Of a stretch of 48,578 bases of DNA, positions 9,274 through 19,265 are shown in pieces. Position 1 is the stretch's first letter. Every line of letters begins with the position of its first letter. Source of the DNA: Bacillales bacterium UBA1709 (GTDB lineage Bacteria > Bacillota_I > Bacilli_A > RFN20 > UBA1709); the NCBI GenBank assembly GCA_002317215.1, contig DCJD01000027.1, forward strand, positions 1-48,578. The letters are read 5' to 3'. The notes under the pieces are model-generated. The model did no database searches. It was not told where the DNA came from and saw only the letters and a program-made list of their open reading frames with translations. A program made the position numbers and the translations under genes.

Positions 9274-11143
9274 ATGCTTTTACCATCCTTACATTATTAT
9301 TTTCTATTTCAACGTTATAAGAGTTAGTTTTTCCATATATATAACCAGTATTATTTTTAATATATGATTTAAACTTAATATTAGTTATGGTACGAGGAAC
9401 ATCATTAATAGTATATGAATACATATCATAACAACCATATGAATTACTATTTATAGTAATTGATGTATTACCAAGAGTAGTATTAATAATTGATCCATGT
9501 TTATTTACAGGAATTAATTTATATTTAGTAGTTAATGAATCACTTACTTCAACATAAAAACCATATTCATAATTATCTATAATTGGTGTTGAAGAGATTA
9601 ATGCTACATCATAAGTATCATTATCTAATGTTAGTGAAGATATTATATCTGTTTCTACTTTGTTAACTTCTTTATGATCCATCTTATATGAATCAATATT
9701 CATATCTTGTCTTACTGAATCAAACATGAAGTCTAATATTTGATTTTGTACTGTAATACTTGTTCCTTCGATAGCACTTCTTAAAGTATTTGAGAAATAT
9801 CCACAACTATGTCCACCAGAGAATATAGAATATTGAGCTTTACCATATGTAGTTTCTTTTGATAAACTCCTTGCTTCATTAATCGCATTAACAAAGAATT
9901 TATTATGATATTTAGATACGTTTTTATCACTACTACCACCTATACTCCATATATTCATATTTAATAAATGACTAGCATTTTCTAAACTACAATCACTAGC
10001 GGCTGGGACAAGAGGAATTGCACAAGCAAATCTATTAGGATAATGATTAATAGTATCCATAGTAAATGCTCCACCAAGAGAACCTCCACTTATATATTGT
10101 CTTCTAGGATCAATATTATATTTAGTCATTAAATCATCAATTAATTGAGTTACTAATTGACTATCTCTACTAGGAGCAGTCATTGAAGCAATATAAGTAT
10201 TTCTATAACTACTAGAATATGAACCATCTCCAGTAACTTCACTAGTTAAACTAATTGCACCAGTTTTAGGATAACTACTGAAATTAGTTAAACTTAAACA
10301 AGCCTTTTTATAAGTAGTGTTATAAACTGAACCAGTCCAGTTAGAATCTGGATAAATATGGATTATAAAACAATCATATTTATCTTCATTAGCACTACTT
10401 GATTTAATTGCACTATCAAGACAATTAAATACACTACTACACCACCAAGCATCTCCTGGTTCTAATGTTTTATTAGATTTATATGTCCCATCGCTATTAA
10501 AGTGTGCACTTTGAGTACCTCCACTTCCAGGACACCAAACTAAAATCGGATATGACTTATTTGGATTATAGTTATATGGAATATGTAACCAATATTTTAA
10601 TGTATCAATATATGTTGTTACGACAGTTTTATTAGGATTAACAGCTTCTTTTATCTTAATACCATATTTAGCTGCTAATTTATCATAATCTTGATCAACT
10701 TTATTTTGACATTCTGCTAGAAAATTATCATATTCTTCAAATGCAAGATATGCTTCATCAATAGCATTAGATGCATTTATATATTCTGGTGAAGTTGAGT
10801 CATAAGTTTGTTCTATTTCACTAAAATAATCTTCCGCATCATAACAAGCTTGCTCTAAAGTATCATAAGTGACTTGAGAATAACCATAATTTTCTAATGA
10901 GATTGATGAATATTCTGCTAGACCTGTTAAATCACTACTATCATATAAGAATCTTTGTTCTTTAGAGACTATTCCACTAAATTCTTTATACATATATTCC
11001 TTAATACCATCTCCATCATAATCATATGAGAACATGGTTTCATATATACTAGCCGCACCAACTCTTTCTTTTTTAGAACCTAAAAAAGAGATAGATAATG
11101 TTACTACAAATATACTTGATAATAGGCATAATTTCTTGTTCAT
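9266..11143 (-). CDS. Secreted multidomain alpha/beta-hydrolase (esterase / PHB-depolymerase-like)
   Basis: Signal peptide; YWLHIPYNYNPNKSYPILVW; nucleophile elbow GGSLGG; Asp in GSSDKNV; His in GGHSC; DYDGDG Ca-loop-like motif. Confidence 0.75.
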   Translation of the reverse strand: MNKKLCLLSSIFVVTLSISFLGSKKERVGAASIYETMFSYDYDGDGIKEYMYKEFSGIVSKEQRFLYDSSDLTGLAEYSSISLENYGYSQVTYDTLEQACYDAEDYFSEIEQTYDSTSPEYINASNAIDEAYLAFEEYDNFLAECQNKVDQDYDKLAAKYGIKIKEAVNPNKTVVTTYIDTLKYWLHIPYNYNPNKSYPILVWCPGSGGTQSAHFNSDGTYKSNKTLEPGDAWWCSSVFNCLDSAIKSSSANEDKYDCFIIHIYPDSNWTGSVYNTTYKKACLSLTNFSSYPKTGAISLTSEVTGDGSYSSSYRNTYIASMTAPSRDSQLVTQLIDDLMTKYNIDPRRQYISGGSLGGAFTMDTINHYPNRFACAIPLVPAASDCSLENASHLLNMNIWSIGGSSDKNVSKYHNKFFVNAINEARSLSKETTYGKAQYSIFSGGHSCGYFSNTLRSAIEGTSITVQNQILDFMFDSVRQDMNIDSYKMDHKEVNKVETDIISSLTLDNDTYDVALISSTPIIDNYEYGFYVEVSDSLTTKYKLIPVNKHGSIINTTLGNTSITINSNSYGCYDMYSYTINDVPRTITNIKFKSYIKNNTGYIYGKTNSYNVEIENNNVRMVKAYE

Positions 11144-11149
11144 AATAAA

Positions 11150-11155
11150 ATTATA
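11150..11155 (-). promoter_or_regulatory. -10 box 6 nt before the hydrolase ATG; leaderless-type
   Basis: Minus strand TATAAT-tttatt-ATG with no SD. Confidence 0.55.
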
Positions 11156-11208
11156 CTAATATATCTTTAAAAAAGATATAAAATAGATATGAAAGAAGGA
11201 ATATAAAT

Positions 11209-11631
11209 ATGTTATTTGAACAACTTAAAAAAGATAATATGATTGCTATGAAGGAAAGAGATACTATAAAAAGAAGTATCTTAGGTATTGTTATAGCAAA
11301 ATCTCAATTAGTTATTACTGAGAAAAGAGCAAAAAACGAAGAAATTACTGATGGAGATATTCTTAATATTATTAATAAGACAGTAAAGGAATTAGATGAA
11401 GAGATTGAGGCTTTTAAAAGCGCAGGTAGAGAAGAGAAAGTTGATGAATTATTAAAACAAAGAGAAATTATTAAAGTATATCTTCCTAAGATGTTAAGCG
11501 AAGAAGAAATAAGAAATGAAATTAATAATCTTTCTGATAAATCTATGCCATCCATTATGAAACATTTCAAAGAAAACTTTATGGGTAAAGTTGATATGGG
11601 TTTAGTAAGCAAGATTGCTAGAAATATCTAA
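11209..11631 (+). CDS. yqeY: GatB/YqeY domain protein
   Basis: AMKERD, ELDEEIEAFKSAGR, YLPKMLSEEEI and GKVDMGLVSK motifs. Confidence 0.9.
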   Translation: MLFEQLKKDNMIAMKERDTIKRSILGIVIAKSQLVITEKRAKNEEITDGDILNIINKTVKELDEEIEAFKSAGREEKVDELLKQREIIKVYLPKMLSEEEIRNEINNLSDKSMPSIMKHFKENFMGKVDMGLVSKIARNI

Positions 11632-11644
11632 AGAAAACAATAAT

Positions 11645-11669
11645 AAAAAATGAGCTATTGCTCATTTTT
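11645..11669. terminator. Bidirectional terminator
   Basis: AAAAAATGAGC-tatt-GCTCATTTTT. Confidence 0.85.
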
Positions 11670-13059
11670 ATTTAACTTTATATATTTTATTAAGTAATAG
11701 ACAATATATTTTATGTAAACCAAAGGCAGCTAATGATAATAAGTTTATTAGTAAATACATAAATGGCCAGAAATGATAATAGATGGTTCTTGTTTTATTT
11801 AAGAATTCAAACTGTATAACATAATTTACTCTTAATGGAGTAAAATCATAAATAAACTTAACCATATCAATTGCATCATTATTATTTAAATAGAAATATG
11901 AATTAGTTGGATATGCAAGATTGAAATATAGTAGAACTGCAAAATATATCGCATTAAATTTAAATATACCTTTCATATCTTTAAATGTTACTTTTTGATA
12001 ATATCCAAAAGCATATGCAAGCAAAGGAACAAATAATAACATAGAATGGTTAGATAAAAAATGAATTCCACCTCTTGTAAAAATATAATCATCTAATAAA
12101 GGTGTTGGCATTAACATTGCTGCAGTAGCACCTACAACAGCATTAATTAACATCACATTTCTTAGATTCTTATTATCATATATCATAGCAAATGGCATTA
12201 GCATACAGTTTGCCCAACACCAAGTTAATGGATAAGAAGGAGATCCATCTTGATTACTATATAGATACCAATGCCTAATAACTATACATAATGATAAACA
12301 TATTAAGACATATCTTTTTAGTTCCATATCTTTATCTTTAAAATTATGATATAGAATAGTAAACATTATGATAGGTAAAGATAGAGCGATGAAATAAGAG
12401 ATATTAAAATAGTGACAAATTGGTAATATCTCACCAAATAAGTTACAAATAACACCGTTATTTAAAGTAAGTAAACAAAATGCAATTAGTAAATAAATCA
12501 TCTTTTTAATTATGGATTTATTTAATTTAATTAAGTTCTTATCTGAATATTCTTTTAATTCATAAAAACCAATTAAAATCGCACTTAAACATTCTAAAGC
12601 AAAGAAAGAAGTTTTAAATGCAAACATATGATTATCTAAACCACAAAAACTATGAGATATTTGATTAAAGAAAATTAAATCTAACCCATATACAATAGGC
12701 ACAATATAAGCATTTATTCTATACCCACTATCATATTTAAAATATCTACTAATAAGTAAACTAAATGCACATCCTTGAGTCAGTATTCTAATAATTAATA
12801 TTGTTAGATACATAACTCTACTTTCATATATAATCCCATTATTAGCAATATCTTTATTTAAAATTAGAATGTTTTTAACACCTTCAAAATTATCTATTGT
12901 TAATAAGCGGATAATAAAACAAAACATAAATAATCCATATAGCAAAGATTTATATTTATCTTTTGTTTTATTATCTAGTTTAATGCAATTAAAATAACAG
13001 CATCCACTTATGATACCAACGATAAATATATAAATTCCAATTAGGTTTAACATATTCAT
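11668..13059 (-). CDS. Long YwaF/TP0381-like integral membrane protein
   Basis: About 12 hydrophobic segments; C-terminal half has YPLTWC, HSMLLFVP and TNSYFYLN, resembling YwaF. The ATG at 13059 lies 8 nt after a TATAAT. Confidence 0.55.
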   Translation of the reverse strand: MNMLNLIGIYIFIVGIISGCCYFNCIKLDNKTKDKYKSLLYGLFMFCFIIRLLTIDNFEGVKNILILNKDIANNGIIYESRVMYLTILIIRILTQGCAFSLLISRYFKYDSGYRINAYIVPIVYGLDLIFFNQISHSFCGLDNHMFAFKTSFFALECLSAILIGFYELKEYSDKNLIKLNKSIIKKMIYLLIAFCLLTLNNGVICNLFGEILPICHYFNISYFIALSLPIIMFTILYHNFKDKDMELKRYVLICLSLCIVIRHWYLYSNQDGSPSYPLTWCWANCMLMPFAMIYDNKNLRNVMLINAVVGATAAMLMPTPLLDDYIFTRGGIHFLSNHSMLLFVPLLAYAFGYYQKVTFKDMKGIFKFNAIYFAVLLYFNLAYPTNSYFYLNNNDAIDMVKFIYDFTPLRVNYVIQFEFLNKTRTIYYHFWPFMYLLINLLSLAAFGLHKIYCLLLNKIYKVK

Positions 13060-13177
13060 ATTCAAATATTATATATGAATTAGAAATGAATACCTATCTA
13101 TTTATAAGTTATAAATATTTAGGCAAGTTATCTTATTTATATTTTATTATGTTAAAATATAAATGAGGTAAAAGATT

Positions 13178-13672
13178 ATGGAAAGATATAGCGTTGCAAT
13201 AATTACATTGTCTGATAAAGGATCTAAAGGAGAAAGAGTTGATTTATCAATGCCATCTATTAAAGAAGAATTAGATAATTATCCTTTTGATGTTGTTAAA
13301 TATGAATTAATACCAGATGATTTTGATTTAATTGTTAAGGTATTAAATGATTGTGTTAATGAGAATATTAATTTAGTTTTAACTACTGGAGGAACAGGAT
13401 TTAGTGTTAGAGATGTAACTCCAGAAGCTACTAAAAAAGTAATTGAAAAAGAAGCAAATGGTATTGTTGAAGCAATGAGATTTAATAGTATGAAGTTTAC
13501 CAATAGAGCGATGCTATCAAGAGCGGTATGTGGAATAAAGAATAATACTGTTATATTAAATCTTCCAGGATCTCCTAAAGCCTGTAAAGAAAACTTAGAA
13601 TATGTGATTGAACCATTAATACATGGAATAATGACATTAATTGGAAGCAGTAGTGAATGTGGTAGAAAATAA
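13178..13672 (+). CDS. mogA: Molybdopterin adenylyltransferase (MogA/MoaB family)
   Basis: TLSDKG, TTGGTGFSVRDVTPEA, SRAVCG and NLPGSPKA. Confidence 0.92.
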   Translation: MERYSVAIITLSDKGSKGERVDLSMPSIKEELDNYPFDVVKYELIPDDFDLIVKVLNDCVNENINLVLTTGGTGFSVRDVTPEATKKVIEKEANGIVEAMRFNSMKFTNRAMLSRAVCGIKNNTVILNLPGSPKACKENLEYVIEPLIHGIMTLIGSSSECGRK

Positions 13673-14874
13673 TGATTAACGTTGTTAGTTTAAAAGATGC
13701 TCAAAAGAAGATATTTGATAATTTAATAGCATTAGATTTTGAGATTATTAAGATAGAAGACTCTTTAAATAGAGTTCTTTTTGATGATATTAAAGCAAAT
13801 GAAAACTTACCACAATTTAAAAGATCAATAGTAGATGGGTATGCCATTAAATCAAGTAATAGTGTTGGAGTTAATCAAGGAGTACCTGGAATCTTTAAAT
13901 ATAAAGGTGAGATACTAATGGGTCAAGATAATAGTTTTGAATTAAATGATTATGAAACTATTTATGTTCCAACTGGTGGACTTGTTCCTGAGTGTTTCGA
14001 TGCAGTTGCAATGATTGAAAACTGTAAAAAAGTTAATGATGAAGTTTTACTATACTCCCCATTAAAAGCTAATGAGAATATTATTAATGTTGGTGAAGAT
14101 ATTACTAAAGATAATGTAATCATTACTAAAGGAACTATTTTAAATCCATATAATATTGGCTTATTAGCGGGTCTTGGAATTGATAAAGTTAAAGTATATA
14201 AGAAATTTAAATACAGTATTATCTCTACTGGTGATGAGATAATACCTATTACTAATAAACTAGAAGCATGTAAGATAAGAGATATTAATAGTTATGCTAT
14301 TGATGCTAAACTATCTAGTTTTGGAGTATTAGTTAATAAATATCTTATTAAAGATGATTTCGATTTATTAACTAATACTCTAAATAAAGCTTTAAGTGAA
14401 TCAGATTATGTCTTTTTAAGTGGCGGAAGTAGTGTTGGTAAGAAAGATTTTACAATAGATGTAATTAGTCAAATGTCGAAAACAGTCTTATTCCATGGGG
14501 TTTCTATTAAACCTGGTAAACCAACAATGGCTTCTATATTAGATAATAAGATGATTATTGGTTTACCAGGTCATCCAATGGCTTCTCTTATGAGTTTAGA
14601 TTTAATATTTGTGGAATCTTTAAAAAGAAAGATGGGAATAGAATTAGATAATATTGTATTTGCTAAGACTAGTGTTAATTTCCCTTCTAGTCCAGGTAAG
14701 ACTACTATTATGCCACTTAAATTAACAAGAGATAAAGAATGTTTATATGCTTATCCTTTATTCTATAAATCAGGATTAATTAATATATTAAATAAAGCTG
14801 ATGGATATATGGTTATTGATGAGAAGAGTGAAGGGATATACAAGGATAGTATTGTTGAGGTTAGAAAGATATGA
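13672..14874 (+). CDS. moeA: Molybdopterin/tungstopterin metal insertase MoeA
   Basis: RSIVDGYA, PTGGLVP, STGDE, SGGSSVG, IKPGKP and LPGHP. Confidence 0.92.
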   Translation: MINVVSLKDAQKKIFDNLIALDFEIIKIEDSLNRVLFDDIKANENLPQFKRSIVDGYAIKSSNSVGVNQGVPGIFKYKGEILMGQDNSFELNDYETIYVPTGGLVPECFDAVAMIENCKKVNDEVLLYSPLKANENIINVGEDITKDNVIITKGTILNPYNIGLLAGLGIDKVKVYKKFKYSIISTGDEIIPITNKLEACKIRDINSYAIDAKLSSFGVLVNKYLIKDDFDLLTNTLNKALSESDYVFLSGGSSVGKKDFTIDVISQMSKTVLFHGVSIKPGKPTMASILDNKMIIGLPGHPMASLMSLDLIFVESLKRKMGIELDNIVFAKTSVNFPSSPGKTTIMPLKLTRDKECLYAYPLFYKSGLINILNKADGYMVIDEKSEGIYKDSIVEVRKI

Positions 14875-16748
14875 GAAGAACTTATATAGAAAATAATGAT
14901 ATGAGTGTGTTTGATATTTATCTATCTTCTTTTAAGTCTTTAGAAGTTGAAAAAGAGATTATTAAGACTAGTGAATCATTAGATAATGTTACTAGTAAAG
15001 CTATATATGCTAAAAAATGTGATCCTTTATATAATGCTTCAGCTATGGATGGAATAGCAGTTGATTCAAATTTAACACCTACTGCTAATGAACAAAATCC
15101 TTTAGTATTAAAAGAAGGTATAGACTTTGTATATGTTAATACTGGTAATCCTATTGATAGTAGATTTAATTCAGTTATTATGATTGAGAACGTTTTAGTA
15201 AATAATGATAATACAGTATCAATCATAGAACCTTCTTATCCTTGGCAAAACATTAGAGTAAAAGGTGAAAGTATTGTAGAAGGACAAATGGTAGTGCCTT
15301 CTAATCATAAAATAAGACCACAAGATATAGGGGCTATTATAGCTAGTGCTAATATAGATATTGAAGTATATAAAAAAGTAAGAGTAGGTATTATACCAAC
15401 TGGTAATGAGATGGTTAATGATGTTAATGATCTTAAAGTTGGAAAACTAATGGAATCTAATTCTAAGATGTTTAGTAGTAGTGTAATAAGTTTAAATGGA
15501 ATATCTAAAATCTATGATATTTGTTTAGATGATAAAGAAATGCTTAAAGAAAGATTATTATTAGCAGCTAAAGAAAATGATTTAGTTATTATTAATGCTG
15601 GTAGTAGTGCTGGAACTAAAGATTTTACAGTAGAAGTATTAGAAGAGATTGGTGAAGTATATGCTCATGGTTTTGCTATTAAACCTGGTAAACCTACAAT
15701 ACTTGCTAAGATAAATAATAAACCAGTTATTGGGATACCTGGATATCCAGTATCAGCTTTTCTTGTATTTGATTTATTTGTTAAACCATTAATTCTTAAA
15801 ATGAGTGGCTTAAAAATAAATAGCAGAAATAAACTTAAATGTAGATTAACTAGAAATATAGTTAGTAGTTTAAAAAATGCCGAATATGTGAGAATGAATA
15901 TTGGATATGTTAATAATGAATTTGTTGCAACACCATTAGAAAAAGGGGCTGCTCAAATAATGTCTTTAGTAAAAGCGGATGGTTTATTATATATTGATAA
16001 GAATTCTGAAGGATATAATGAAGGAAGTATTGTTGATATTGAATTATTAAAAGATATTGATGAGATAAAGAATAATTTATTAGTTATTGGAAGCCACGAT
16101 TTAATAATTGATGTTTTAAGTGATAAATTAAATATTTCTAGTGCGCACGTTGGAAGTATGGGAGGAATAATTGCTTTAACTAAAAATGAAACTCATATTG
16201 CTCCAATTCATTTGTTAGCAGATGATGGAACTTATAATATTCCTTATATTAAGAAATATTTTAAAGATAGAAAGATGGTATTAATTAAAGGTGTAGGTAG
16301 AATCCAAGGAATTATGCAAAACAATGATACTAATATTACTAGTATTAAAGAGATAAGCGATAATCATATTAGTTTTGCTAATAGACAATATGGATCAGGC
16401 ACTAGAATGCTTTTTGATCATTTATTAAAAGAAAATAGTATAAGTAGTAGTAATATATATGGATATGAAAAAGAATATTCTACTCATTTGTCGGTAGGTG
16501 TCGCAATTGAGAATAATAGTGCTAAATGTGGAATAGGTATAAAAAGTGTTGCTAATATTCTTGGATTAAAGTTTGTTGAAATAGCCAAAGAAGAATATGA
16601 TTTCTTAACTACATATGAAAACTATCAAGATAAAAGAGTTCAAGAATTTATTGAATTACTAAAATCTAAAGAAATTAAAGATAAGTTTATAGAATTTAAA
16701 GATTATGATGTTAGTAAACTAGGAGAAGTTATAATAATAGAATGCTAG
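14871..16748 (+). CDS. moeA: MoeA paralog fused to a C-terminal periplasmic-binding-protein-like domain
   Basis: SAMDGIAV, PTGNE, AGSSAG, IKPGKP and PGYPVS; C-terminal GSHD...GSMGG...ANRQYGSGTR PBP domain. Confidence 0.9.
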   Translation: MRRTYIENNDMSVFDIYLSSFKSLEVEKEIIKTSESLDNVTSKAIYAKKCDPLYNASAMDGIAVDSNLTPTANEQNPLVLKEGIDFVYVNTGNPIDSRFNSVIMIENVLVNNDNTVSIIEPSYPWQNIRVKGESIVEGQMVVPSNHKIRPQDIGAIIASANIDIEVYKKVRVGIIPTGNEMVNDVNDLKVGKLMESNSKMFSSSVISLNGISKIYDICLDDKEMLKERLLLAAKENDLVIINAGSSAGTKDFTVEVLEEIGEVYAHGFAIKPGKPTILAKINNKPVIGIPGYPVSAFLVFDLFVKPLILKMSGLKINSRNKLKCRLTRNIVSSLKNAEYVRMNIGYVNNEFVATPLEKGAAQIMSLVKADGLLYIDKNSEGYNEGSIVDIELLKDIDEIKNNLLVIGSHDLIIDVLSDKLNISSAHVGSMGGIIALTKNETHIAPIHLLADDGTYNIPYIKKYFKDRKMVLIKGVGRIQGIMQNNDTNITSIKEISDNHISFANRQYGSGTRMLFDHLLKENSISSSNIYGYEKEYSTHLSVGVAIENNSAKCGIGIKSVANILGLKFVEIAKEEYDFLTTYENYQDKRVQEFIELLKSKEIKDKFIEFKDYDVSKLGEVIIIEC

Positions 16749-17668
16749 ATAAATTTAACCGTAATATTTCCTATTTAAGATTATCAGTTACTGATTTATG
16801 CAATCTTAATTGTAAATATTGTTCATCATCTAACGAAGTCAAAGTTAGTCACTTTGACCTTTTAAGCAATGAAGAGATGGTTAAAGTTATTAAGGTTTTC
16901 CATAATCTTGGAATTAAGAAAGTTAGAATTACCGGTGGAGAACCATTGCTTAAAAAAGGTCTATGTGACCTAATTAGACAATTATCTACTTTTATTGATG
17001 ATATTGGGATAACTACTAATGGACAGCTACTTCCTGATATGATTAACGATTTAAAGGATGCTGGTTTAAAAAGCATTAATGTTAGTTTAGATACGTTAGA
17101 TCCTATTAAGTATCAATATCTAACTTTAGGTAAGATTGATAATGTATTAAAAGGATTAGAGATGGCATATAATCTTCATCTATCGATCAAGATTAATGCA
17201 GTATTATTAAAAGGAGTCAATGATGAGGAGATATTTGAATTAGCTAAGTATGCTAAAAGTATTAATGCTAAGTTTAGATTTATTGAATTAATGCCTTTTA
17301 CAACAACATTAGATTATTTTAATAAATATTATATAAGTAGTGATGAGATTATTAAGAAATATAACCTTATATATATTACATCTAATGGAACTTCAGAGTA
17401 TTATAAGAATGCACAAGGATTAGAGATTGGATTTATTCGACCAATTAGTCATAAATTCTGTAAAGAATGTAATAGAATTAGAATGACAAGTTTTGGAAAA
17501 ATAATCCCATGTCTTCATTCTAAAGATACTTATGATATAAAAGAATATATAGATGATGAGAAAAGATTAGAAGAAAGATTAATAGAAATTATTAATTTAA
17601 AACCTAAAGAGCATCATATTAATGAAGGGAATATTCAAAGTTTGGATATGCGAAAGATAGGAGGATAG
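16742..17668 (+). CDS. moaA: GTP 3',8-cyclase (radical SAM)
   Basis: CNLNCKYC, TGGEPLL, C-terminal CxxC-x13-C and terminal IGG. Confidence 0.95.
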   Translation: MLDKFNRNISYLRLSVTDLCNLNCKYCSSSNEVKVSHFDLLSNEEMVKVIKVFHNLGIKKVRITGGEPLLKKGLCDLIRQLSTFIDDIGITTNGQLLPDMINDLKDAGLKSINVSLDTLDPIKYQYLTLGKIDNVLKGLEMAYNLHLSIKINAVLLKGVNDEEIFELAKYAKSINAKFRFIELMPFTTTLDYFNKYYISSDEIIKKYNLIYITSNGTSEYYKNAQGLEIGFIRPISHKFCKECNRIRMTSFGKIIPCLHSKDTYDIKEYIDDEKRLEERLIEIINLKPKEHHINEGNIQSLDMRKIGG

Positions 17669-17671
17669 AAT

Positions 17672-18145
17672 ATGGATAATAAATTAACACATTTTAATGA
17701 AGAAGGACTATCAAAGATGGTTGATGTTAGTGATAAGATAGTCACACATAGAGAAGCAAGAGCTAAGATTGAAGTTCATATGGATAAAGATACTATTGAG
17801 AAGATTAGACAAGGTAGTATTTCTAAAGGCAACGTATTAGCGGTTGCTCAAGTTGCTGGAATATGTGCTGCTAAAAAGAATTATGAATTAATTCCAATGT
17901 GTCATCAAATACCATTAACTGGTGTAGATATTAAATATGAATATAAAGATTATGGAATAGAGATAACTAGTATTGTTAAGACAGATTATAAAACAGGAGT
18001 TGAAATGGAAGCATTAACGGCTTGTAGTATAGCAGCATTAACAATATATGATATGTGTAAAGCTATTGATAAGAAGATGTATTTTACTTCTTGTAGATTA
18101 GTATATAAAGAAGGCGGAAAAAGTGGGGTATTTGAAAATGACTAA
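17672..18145 (+). CDS. moaC: Cyclic pyranopterin monophosphate synthase
   Basis: [34 protein letters not shown] and IYDMCKA. Confidence 0.95.
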   Translation: MDNKLTHFNEEGLSKMVDVSDKIVTHREARAKIEVHMDKDTIEKIRQGSISKGNVLAVAQVAGICAAKKNYELIPMCHQIPLTGVDIKYEYKDYGIEITSIVKTDYKTGVEMEALTACSIAALTIYDMCKAIDKKMYFTSCRLVYKEGGKSGVFEND

Positions 18146-18593
18146 AATTGGAAGTGTAATTGCTGTTAATATCAGTGAGGTAAAAGGTGTTGTTAAACAT
18201 CCGGTTGATTTTGTAGAAACTATCGTTGATATGGGAATAAAGGGTGATGCTCATGCAGGACCTGGATTAAGACAAGTTAGTTTACTTGCTAAAGAATCAA
18301 TTGATAAGTTTCAAGAAATGAAAGGCAAGATTAGTGGAATTTGTGAAGGCAAATTTGCTGAAAATATTACTACTAGTGGAGTTATATTATATGAACTACC
18401 AGTTGGAACAAGACTTATGATTGGAACTAGTTTAATGGAAGTAAGTCAAATCGGTAAGAAATGTCATGCTGATCAAGGCTGCGAAATATCTAAAATATTT
18501 GGTACTTGTGTAATGCCAAAAGAAGGTATCTTTACAATTGTTATTGAACCTGGAATTATCAAAGCAGGTGACGATATTTTATTAGTTGACTAA
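18138..18593 (+). CDS. MOSC-domain sulfur-carrier protein
   Basis: [29 protein letters not shown] and C-VMPKEGIF; the ATG at 18138 overlaps the moaC stop. Confidence 0.88.
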   Translation: MTKIGSVIAVNISEVKGVVKHPVDFVETIVDMGIKGDAHAGPGLRQVSLLAKESIDKFQEMKGKISGICEGKFAENITTSGVILYELPVGTRLMIGTSLMEVSQIGKKCHADQGCEISKIFGTCVMPKEGIFTIVIEPGIIKAGDDILLVD

Positions 18594-18618
18594 AAAAGAG
18601 ATCAATGATCTCTTTTTT
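18592..18618. terminator. Bidirectional terminator between the MOSC gene and tupC
   Basis: AAAAAAGAGATC-aat-GATCTCTTTTTT. Confidence 0.9.
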
Positions 18619-19265
18619 TATTTAGAATATAAATCTATAAAGTTTTTAATGATAGGATTTGTTGTTTTATCAATAGTTTTTGGTGTTAATGAATCATCAA
18701 TTACTTTTCCTTTATCTAAAAAGATTATATGATCTGCTAATCTTTTAGCTTGGGATATTGAATGAGTAATTAGTATAATGGTTGTTTTATTTTCTATATT
18801 AGTTTTCTTAATTAGTTCTTCGGCTTTTATCATAGCATCAATATCCATTGATGCTGTTGGTTCATCTAATATAATAGTTTTTGAATTACTTAATAAAGTT
18901 CTTATTAAAGATACCTTAGATAATTCTCCTCCACTTAATCCTTTAGCGTTTTGTTTAGCTATCTTATTTAGACCAAATATTGTCATATATTCTTCTACTT
19001 TTTCTTTATCAGATATATTAAGCGAAGCGTTTTTATAAACCGACATATTAAATGCAAATGATTTTTGAGGCATATATATAACATTATTATCTAGTTCTAT
19101 ATGTTTATCGTTTTTAATAACTTTACTAATAATCTTACCAAGTGTTGATTTACCAGATCCATTTGGTCCAATGATGGCATAAACTTTACCATCATCAAAA
19201 GAAATATTATCAATATCTAATACAACCCTATCTTTATATTTCTTATAAATATTATTTAGAATCAT
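18618..19265 (-). CDS. tupC: Tungstate ABC transporter ATPase
   Basis: GPNGSGKST, LSGGE and LDEPTASMD; last gene of the tup operon. Confidence 0.85.
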   Translation of the reverse strand: MILNNIYKKYKDRVVLDIDNISFDDGKVYAIIGPNGSGKSTLGKIISKVIKNDKHIELDNNVIYMPQKSFAFNMSVYKNASLNISDKEKVEEYMTIFGLNKIAKQNAKGLSGGELSKVSLIRTLLSNSKTIILDEPTASMDIDAMIKAEELIKKTNIENKTTIILITHSISQAKRLADHIIFLDKGKVIDDSLTPKTIDKTTNPIIKNFIDLYSK

